DNA of 64,000 nt from Deltaproteobacteria bacterium (GTDB lineage Bacteria > Myxococcota_A > Polyangia > Fen-1088), in the NCBI GenBank assembly GCA_033763315.1, contig JANRKS010000040.1:192001-256000 (forward strand), in the 5' to 3' direction. Of this stretch, positions 56,096-64,000 are shown one piece after another. The position numbers were made by a program, and so were the translations under genes. A model generated the notes under the pieces. That model saw only the letters and a program-made list of their open reading frames with translations, did no database searches and had not been told where the DNA came from. Within the stretch, counting starts at the first letter, position 1. Each line of letters starts with the position of its first letter.

Positions 56096-57223
56096 TCAAA
56101 CCTGGAAATCGCCTTCCAAATAGAAAACTGAATTAAACGTCTTCGCAAACAGCCGGTACCCCTGCGCTCGCATGAAGCCGTGCACGGTTGAACCCAACAC
56201 GGCTGCGACATCCGACTGCAAACACTCCACCACCACACACTGCGGGCGAAAGCGTTCCCAATCGTTTGATTCAAGTACCTTCAGGTCCAAGCCTTCCACG
56301 TCCACCGACATGAAGTGGATGGGCGCCCCAGGTACCAAGCACTGATCCAGGAGATCGGCCAGCGGCACCACATCCAGCTCGCGTGTTTGCACAACGTGGT
56401 ACGCCCCACTCTCGCGGCTACGGGTCAGCTCTTCATCGAACGAATTCAATGCGGGATCATTGAACATGTAATACGTGAGCTTGCCGTAGACGTTCGAAAC
56501 ACCGCAGGCAACGTTCACGTCCCCGGGCCGCACGGCAGCGAACGCCGCCATAAGTTCGGGGTTTGGCTCAATGTTTACGCCCCGCCAGCCTTGCAGATAG
56601 AACCGGTGCGTGTTCGAGAAGCGCAAGGGGTGATGCGCGCCCACGTCCACGTAAAGCCCCAACTTCTGCCGGTCGAATAGGCGCGCCAGAACAAGGTCCT
56701 CGCCCTCCTGGCTGTAAGACACGTTCATAAACTCTGTGTGGGGATGGCTCGTCACCGCGTGAGTTGGAACAGCTAAACGGGGACCACTGTAGATCAGAGG
56801 CTTATCGAGTAGGCCCAGACGTGACACGGCTTGCTCCGGTTGAGCCGCCAAAGCCGCCATCAGGCCCACCACCTGCACATCGAACGGATGACGACGCAAG
56901 AACGTTTGCACCACGTCTGACGCCCGTTCGGGTGCCCCCGCGTTCATGAAACACAACGCCAACAACGCCACGCTTACAGCGTTGTCAGGCTCCAGCTCTA
57001 GGGCCCGCGCCAGCGCAGCGGCCGCGGTATCAAAGTCAGGCGACCGAAGGATGGGTAGTTTACCGCCGGCCGCACGACACAACGACCACGCCAGACCGTG
57101 GTAGGCATGCACGTCGCGCTCGTTTTCTTTGCACGCCTGCAAGAACCGTTCGGCGGCTTTGGCATAGTCGTGCCGGGCCAGTAAGGCGCGCGCCTCAACC
57201 AGCGTGGGGGTTCGTGCAAGCAT
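56096..57223 (-). CDS. TPR + FkbM family methyltransferase
   Basis: TPR helices (ARALELEPDN); SYSQEGED, YVDVGAHHP..FSNT, SVDVEG.DL.VL.SNDW. Confidence 0.88.
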   Translation of the reverse strand: MLARTPTLVEARALLARHDYAKAAERFLQACKENERDVHAYHGLAWSLCRAAGGKLPILRSPDFDTAAAALARALELEPDNAVSVALLALCFMNAGAPERASDVVQTFLRRHPFDVQVVGLMAALAAQPEQAVSRLGLLDKPLIYSGPRLAVPTHAVTSHPHTEFMNVSYSQEGEDLVLARLFDRQKLGLYVDVGAHHPLRFSNTHRFYLQGWRGVNIEPNPELMAAFAAVRPGDVNVACGVSNVYGKLTYYMFNDPALNSFDEELTRSRESGAYHVVQTRELDVVPLADLLDQCLVPGAPIHFMSVDVEGLDLKVLESNDWERFRPQCVVVECLQSDVAAVLGSTVHGFMRAQGYRLFAKTFNSVFYLEGDFQV

Positions 57224-57340
57224 GTCGCCTGTTTACAGTGCGGGATCGGCCGTTACGCTGTCAAAAAATACGCCATGGCACCGCAAGCCACATCACGCAA
57301 TCCACGCCCAAAAGCGTCCATGGTATGACTTTGCCCCACC

Positions 57341-58255
57341 GTGAAGTCGAAACCAAAGACCATCACCGCCCCGGGCGCCGACTATTCCATTCGTGTTCTG
57401 GGCGCGCACAACTCCGCACTCCGCGATTTTTACCATGCCTTGCTGTTGTGGCGTTGGCCCACAACTGTGGTGGCGATCGCCGCCATGTTCATGCTGGCAA
57501 ACACGGTGTTCGCGTTTGCTTACATGCTGACCGACGGCGTGGCCAACGTTCACCCCGGTTCCTTTTTGGACTGCTTCTTCTTCAGCGTGCAGACGATGGG
57601 CACGATTGGTTACGGCTATATGTATCCGGCCACAACGACCGCCGAAGTGGTGGTGGTGGCGGAAACCATCACCAGCGTGACGCTCACAGCCTTGGCCACG
57701 GGCCTCGTGTTCGCAAAGTTCTCGCGCGCCAGCGCTCGTGTGTTGTTCAGCGATACGGTCACCATCAGCCCGATGAATGGCGTGCCCACGCTGCGTTTGC
57801 GCCTGGGCAACCAGCGTAACAACCAGATCATTGACGCCCGGGTGAAGGTGCAGCTGCTGCGCACGGAGAAGCTTAAGGAAGGTGGAGTGTTCTACCGCAT
57901 GGTGGACGTGAACCTCGTCCGTGAAAACATCCTCTCGCTGTCACGATCGTGGACCGCTTTGCACGTGATCGATGAATCAAGCCCGTTGTGGCAGGCTACC
58001 CCAGAGTCATTGGCCTCCGATGAAGCCGAGCTGCACGTGTTGTTGATGGGACTCGACGACACAACGTTGCAGCCCGTCCACGCTCTGCATCGGTATTTTT
58101 CGCAGCAGATCTTGTGGGGTCGGCAACACGTGGACATCCTCACGGAACGCGACAGCGGCGTGCTGGAGCTCGATCTGCGCCGCTTCCACGAACACGCGCC
58201 CACCGAGCCCACGCCCTCGTTTCCTTATCCAAAAACCGTATCAACAAAGCCTTAA
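57341..58255 (+). CDS. Inward rectifier potassium channel (KirBac family)
   Basis: DFYH.LL, FFFSVQTMGTIGYG filter, GLVFAKFSR, R.GNQR.NQI, W...HVIDESSPL. Confidence 0.93.
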   Translation: MKSKPKTITAPGADYSIRVLGAHNSALRDFYHALLLWRWPTTVVAIAAMFMLANTVFAFAYMLTDGVANVHPGSFLDCFFFSVQTMGTIGYGYMYPATTTAEVVVVAETITSVTLTALATGLVFAKFSRASARVLFSDTVTISPMNGVPTLRLRLGNQRNNQIIDARVKVQLLRTEKLKEGGVFYRMVDVNLVRENILSLSRSWTALHVIDESSPLWQATPESLASDEAELHVLLMGLDDTTLQPVHALHRYFSQQILWGRQHVDILTERDSGVLELDLRRFHEHAPTEPTPSFPYPKTVSTKP

Positions 58256-58385
58256 CGTTTGTCCGCGTGGCCACGTTCCCTCGGCCACCCAAGTGTGTAT
58301 TTTCACGACCTGTGCGCTTTGTAACTGTGAAACCGCCATTGGCTGCGCTAGCTTGGACACTCTTATAAAAAAGGAAGAGTGACGT

Positions 58386-61300
58386 ATGCGTGGCTTTCGG
58401 TGTGTGGTGGTTTTTGCGGTGTTGGTGGGGACGGCCGCATGTACGGTCAAGGCAACGCCCACGGGCACACCAGGTCCTGTGGACGGTGGCCAGGTCGTAG
58501 AGGCCGGTGTTCCTGGTCGACCCGATCCGGTCGCGTGCGATCCGTCCGCCGTCCTCAAGGACGTGGCCGAATCATGCACGTGCAACGCAGAGTGCGGCAC
58601 CGGCCGTTGTGTGGATGGCGTGTGCTGCGCCAGCGCTTGCGACGGCCTGTGTGAGGCCTGCAATGTGCCCGGAAAAGTGGGGGCCTGCGCTCCCATCCCC
58701 GCCGGCCTGCCGCCCGTGGTGGCCGGTCAATGCAAAGTCGACGACGTCAGCACGTGCGGCTTTGATGGCACCTGCAATGGGAACCGCGGTTGCAGAAAAT
58801 ATCCCGAAGGCACCGCCTGTAAAAAAGGGATATGTGATGGAGCCACTGTAAAAGGCGAAAAGGTGTGCCGGCTTGGCCAATGCACTGTGGGCCCCGACAC
58901 CGTGTGCAGCCCCTTCGGTTGTGATCCTGCAAAATCGGCCTGCTTTGAGACGTGCACCGACGATGGGCAGTGCTCGGCTTCGCAAAAGTGTGCAAGCGGC
59001 AGTTGTGGCCTACGAAACATCGGCGCCAAGTGCGGTGGCAACACGGAGTGCGAATCAGGATTTTGCGCCGATGGCGTTTGCTGCAACACCGCGTGTGATG
59101 ACGCGTGCGTTACCTGCAACCAATTGTTGACCAAGGGCGAGTGCCGGCCGGTGATGGCCGAGCAACCCGATCCGCACAATGTCTGCAAAGACGAAGGCGC
59201 TGCCACATGCGGACAAAGCGGAAGCTGCGATGGTCAGGGTGGTTGCGCCAAATATAGCGCCTCCACACCTTGCCGCGCGGCACGCTGCGAAGGTGCAAAC
59301 GCGATTCCCGCCAGCACCTGTGATGGCAAAGGTTCCTGCCTGGCCGCCAGCCAAGTGGCTTGCGCCCCTTTCGCGTGTTCGGGCAACGCTTGCAAAACCA
59401 CGTGCAACGACGACACCGACTGTTCGGGCGCCGTCTGCATCAACAACAGCTGCGGGCTGCGTGGCAAGGGACAGAACTGCACGGCCGCTTCCCAGTGCGC
59501 TTCAGGTTTTTGTTCCGACGGCGTTTGCTGTGACAGTGCATGCACAGGGCAATGCAAGTATTGCGCTTCAGCGCAAGCGCGCGGCAGCTGCGTCAACGTG
59601 GCAGCCGACACCGCTGATCCGCGCGCCGCTGGCGCCAACCCATCAGCCGAGGCCTGCGTGGCTTCCGACCCGCGCACCTGTGGTCGAAATGGCATGTGCA
59701 ACGGCAATGGCGCCTGCCAGTTGTGGAACAAGAACACGATGTGCGAAGACCAGAGCTGCTCGGCCGCACAAAACACCTATTACGCGGCCAAAATGTGTGA
59801 CGGCGCAGGGTCGTGCAAACCTCAAGACAACGGCTCGCGCACCTGTTTTCCGAATAAGTGCAACGGCTCAGCGTGTGGCATTGCGTGTGGTTCATCAAAC
59901 GATTGCGTGGCGCCTAACGAATGCGTCAATGGGCGGTGTGGCCCCAAAGCGATCGGCGCCGTGTGTAGCGCCGACAACCAATGTGACAGCGGCTTTTGCC
60001 GCCAAGGCGTTTGCTGCCAAACCGACTGCAAAAGCAGTTGCTATTCATGTGCGCTGGCCAGCACCCGCGGCGTATGTTCGGCCGTACCCGCGGGCGAGCA
60101 GGATCCTGCGAAGGTGTGCACGGCCGATGGCGTGGCCAGCTGTGATCGCGATGGCATGTGCAACGGCTCGGGAGGGTGTCGCCTCTACGCCGCAGGGCAA
60201 GTGTGCGCGGGGGCCACGTGCGTGAACGGCACCGCGACCGGCGTTTCTAAGTGCGACGGCAAAGGCGAATGCCAAAAAGGCGCCGTGCGTGCGTGCGATG
60301 CCTATAAGTGCAATTCCGATGGCACCGCTTGCTTTGAATCCTGCACAGACAACAGCCAATGCGTCAGCCCGCGGGTGTGCGTGGGCACTTCGTGTGGCGC
60401 CAAACCAAACGGCGCCGAATGTCCGAATGGCGCGTCTGAATGCCAATCCGGGATATGCGTGCAGGGGGTGTGTTGCAACGAAGCTTGTGATGGTGTCTGC
60501 AAAACCTGCAAAGGCACAAAAGCGGGCACTTGCAGCAACGTGGCTCAAGGCGCAGCCGATCCCGCAGGCAGGTGTGCCCCTGCGGCGGGCGCGGCCGTGT
60601 GTGGCAACGATGGCACATGCAACGGCAACGGAGCCTGTGCGAAGGCGCCCAACACAGTTGTGTGCCGCAACCAAACCTGCCCCGCCGATTCAAACACCTT
60701 CACCCGATCGGCCAGATGTGACGGCGCCGGGAATTGCCCTGCACCCGCCACCGTGGATTGCGGCTCGATCAAATGCGACGCCACATCAAACGCATGCCTC
60801 ACGGGCTGCCAAAACGACGGCCAATGCGTCTCTGGAAACATCTGTGACGCGGCCACGATGTCGTGCGGAGGGCTCAAACCCAACGGCGCGGATTGCACGG
60901 CAAACCGCCAATGCGCGTCTGCGAAATGTGTAGAGGGCGTGTGTTGCGGCGGCTTGGCCGCGGACCAAAACGCTTGCCCCGCCTGTCAAAGTTGCAAGAT
61001 CGAAGGGCAAAAAGGCACCTGCCGAAGCGCGCCTGCGGGCGCGGCAAACGCGGGCGCGTGCCCCGCAGGCACGGGATTTTGTGGCGCGCAAACGTGCAAC
61101 GGGGCGGGCGCCTGCGTGCAGGCTAACCCGGCCGGCACGAGCTGCGGCGCACAAACGTGCGTTGACGGCAACAAGGTACAAAGCCAAACGTGTAACGCCA
61201 GCGGCATGTGCGTGAACGGTCAGCTCACCACGTGCGAACAGGGCTACCGCTGCGCCGACGGCAAGTGCAAGACCTCTTGCACCGTTGCCACTGCCAGCAC

Positions 61301-61883
61301 CGATTGCACCGCGGGCAACATCTGTATCGCCAACCGCTGCGCACCACCCGTGGTCGACGGAGGTCGCTGCGCAGTCAACACCGATTGTGTAAACGGCGCC
61401 TGCATCAACCAGATTTGTTGCAACCGCGCTTGCAATGGTCGTTGCGAAAGCTGCAGCGCCGCGGGCCAATGCACGGTGGATGCTGCCTGTCTTGCCAAGT
61501 GCACCTCCAACGCCGACTGCGCCAGCAACCAGATGTGCGATCCCAGCACGATGATGTGCGTCGCAAAAGTGACCAAGTTTCCACGCGGAGCCGATTGTCA
61601 GAACGCTGGGCAATGCGAAACCGGCTTCTGTTCACAAGGCGTGTGTTGCGACTCAAATTGTACCGGTATGTGCAAAACATGTGCGGCCGTCGGCGTCGAT
61701 CGGGGGATCTGTAAGAACGTGCCGAAGACGCCAGAGCTCCGCTGTGGCACCGAATGCTCCGCGAATAAAAAGACCGTGATACCGCTGCTTTGCGACGGCA
61801 ACGGCGGATGCACGGCCAAAGGCAAGGGCACGGATTGTGACAAGAACGACCGATGCGATGGCACAATGTGCGTTCCTAAGTAG
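58386..61883 (+). CDS. Large Cys-rich repeat lipoprotein
   Basis: AGGAAGAG SD; lipobox TAAC; eight C..G.C..G.CC...C...C..C units. Confidence 0.85.
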   Translation: MRGFRCVVVFAVLVGTAACTVKATPTGTPGPVDGGQVVEAGVPGRPDPVACDPSAVLKDVAESCTCNAECGTGRCVDGVCCASACDGLCEACNVPGKVGACAPIPAGLPPVVAGQCKVDDVSTCGFDGTCNGNRGCRKYPEGTACKKGICDGATVKGEKVCRLGQCTVGPDTVCSPFGCDPAKSACFETCTDDGQCSASQKCASGSCGLRNIGAKCGGNTECESGFCADGVCCNTACDDACVTCNQLLTKGECRPVMAEQPDPHNVCKDEGAATCGQSGSCDGQGGCAKYSASTPCRAARCEGANAIPASTCDGKGSCLAASQVACAPFACSGNACKTTCNDDTDCSGAVCINNSCGLRGKGQNCTAASQCASGFCSDGVCCDSACTGQCKYCASAQARGSCVNVAADTADPRAAGANPSAEACVASDPRTCGRNGMCNGNGACQLWNKNTMCEDQSCSAAQNTYYAAKMCDGAGSCKPQDNGSRTCFPNKCNGSACGIACGSSNDCVAPNECVNGRCGPKAIGAVCSADNQCDSGFCRQGVCCQTDCKSSCYSCALASTRGVCSAVPAGEQDPAKVCTADGVASCDRDGMCNGSGGCRLYAAGQVCAGATCVNGTATGVSKCDGKGECQKGAVRACDAYKCNSDGTACFESCTDNSQCVSPRVCVGTSCGAKPNGAECPNGASECQSGICVQGVCCNEACDGVCKTCKGTKAGTCSNVAQGAADPAGRCAPAAGAAVCGNDGTCNGNGACAKAPNTVVCRNQTCPADSNTFTRSARCDGAGNCPAPATVDCGSIKCDATSNACLTGCQNDGQCVSGNICDAATMSCGGLKPNGADCTANRQCASAKCVEGVCCGGLAADQNACPACQSCKIEGQKGTCRSAPAGAANAGACPAGTGFCGAQTCNGAGACVQANPAGTSCGAQTCVDGNKVQSQTCNASGMCVNGQLTTCEQGYRCADGKCKTSCTVATASTDCTAGNICIANRCAPPVVDGGRCAVNTDCVNGACINQICCNRACNGRCESCSAAGQCTVDAACLAKCTSNADCASNQMCDPSTMMCVAKVTKFPRGADCQNAGQCETGFCSQGVCCDSNCTGMCKTCAAVGVDRGICKNVPKTPELRCGTECSANKKTVIPLLCDGNGGCTAKGKGTDCDKNDRCDGTMCVPK

Positions 61884-61954
61884 CCCCGCCGTGTGGTGAC
61901 AGTTCGATCCCCGCGCTGGCGAGTGCGGCGACTAAATGACGGGCAGGAGCAAAA

Positions 61955-61996
61955 GCGAAAAAGGCCTCGACGGCAAACACCGCGAGGCCCTTTCGT
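61955..61996. terminator. Probable bidirectional intrinsic terminator between the Cys-rich gene and eno
   Basis: cgaaaaaGGCCTCG...CGAGGCCctttcg inverted repeat with A-rich and T-rich flanks, between convergent genes. Confidence 0.7.
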
Positions 61997-62010
61997 TTCG
62001 TAAACGATCG

Positions 62011-63381
<1,371 letters not shown>

Positions 63382-63425
63382 TTACACGCTGACGAGGTGT
63401 CGAAGGCGTGGGATAATTGGACTTA

Positions 63426-64000
63426 ATGCGCGTTGCACCTCGAGATCTTGAGTCGATCCCCACGCCGCGTCAGATCTTTGAGTACCTAGACCGGTACGTG
63501 GTTGGCCAAGATAAGGCCAAAAGAACGGTGGCCATCGCCGCCTACAACCACTTGAAGCGGTGCCGGCAAAAGCACGCGGGCCCCGGTAAGCGGCTGCTGA
63601 AGAAATCAAACATCTTGCTCGTGGGCCCCACGGGCTCTGGCAAAACACACATCGCGCGCACCCTGGCCGAAATGTTGAATGTGCCTTTGAGCATTGCCGA
63701 CGCCACCGAATTCACTGAAGCGGGTTATTACGGCAAAGACGTTGAGGTGATGGTGGGTGAACTGCTGGCCAAGGCAAACCACGATGTGGAGCGCGCCCAA
63801 CGTGGCATCGTGTTCATTGACGAGATCGACAAGATCGCTCGGCGCAGCCCTGGGGCACGCACGGGCGCTGGCTCGCGCGACATCGGCGGTGAAGGCGTGC
63901 AGCAGTCGCTGTTAAAGCTGTTGGAGGGCCGCGAGATCTATGTTCCGGGCAACGTCACACAACACTGGAACAAACACGATTTTGTGTTGATGGACACGCA
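63426..64000 (+). CDS. clpX: ClpX ATPase paralogue lacking the N-terminal zinc-binding domain (3' truncated; not in ORF track)
   Basis: Manual translation: [73 protein letters not shown]. Confidence 0.9.
   Translation, partial: MRVAPRDLESIPTPRQIFEYLDRYVVGQDKAKRTVAIAAYNHLKRCRQKHAGPGKRLLKKSNILLVGPTGSGKTHIARTLAEMLNVPLSIADATEFTEAGYYGKDVEVMVGELLAKANHDVERAQRGIVFIDEIDKIARRSPGARTGAGSRDIGGEGVQQSLLKLLEGREIYVPGNVTQHWNKHDFVLMDT

Noticed and set aside
33724-57223. Island as a mobile element
   Set aside because: No integrase, transposase, tRNA or flanking direct repeats were seen; I could not compute compositional shifts
57260-57275. TGGCGTATTTTTTGAC (minus strand) as a sigma54 promoter or enhancer box for the pse unit
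   Set aside because: The -12 element reads GA rather than GC and only one TGAC half-site is present; too weak to call
59179-60225. 348-aa alternative-frame ORF inside the Cys-rich gene
   Set aside because: Ala/Thr-rich frame shadow of repeated TGC/GGC codons
58386-61883. Cys-rich repeats as a multiheme cytochrome, CRISPR or DNA tandem repeat
   Set aside because: CxxC units are not followed by His, and there are no identical nucleotide repeats with spacers

Overview
GC-rich bacterial chromosomal segment, densely coding, with no rRNA, tRNA, CRISPR or mobile element visible. Gene content (DUF1592/DUF1552 pair, large Cys-rich repeat lipoproteins, Roadblock/MglB-like protein, ZBD-less ClpX paralogue) suggests Myxococcota, probably Polyangia-like; this is inference. 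The left half carries a planctomycete-type DUF1501/PSD1 cytochrome pair, an EVE protein, a Roadblock pair, a cysQ-kinase-slyD operon, a hybrid kinase, a system I cytochrome c maturation operon (CcmF-CcmH fusion, extra unknown genes, no ccmE) followed by a diheme peroxidase-like gene, a GH94-like lipoprotein, an acyl-CoA dehydrogenase, and a beta-propeller sensor/NarL regulator upstream of lipoprotein-DUF1592-DUF1552. The most notable part is a ~23.5 kb glycosylation island (33724-57223). It holds an antibiotic-type 2-deoxy/3-amino sugar module (NDP-hexose 2,3-dehydratase, reductase, EvaB/DnmJ-like aminotransferase), a pseudaminic acid operon lacking PseH but carrying a PseG-formyltransferase fusion, a second formyltransferase and a PIG-L deacetylase (candidate di-N-formyl-Pse pathway), GT-methyltransferase fusions and a 2OG-Fe(II) dioxygenase. 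Two back-to-back pairs of sigma54 (-24/-12) promoter motifs, each enclosing CGTCA-N6-TGACG palindromes, lie in this island. The window ends with a KirBac channel, a 1165-aa Cys-rich lipoprotein, enolase and a truncated clpX that is not in the ORF track. Family calls come from motif recognition by eye, not database searches.
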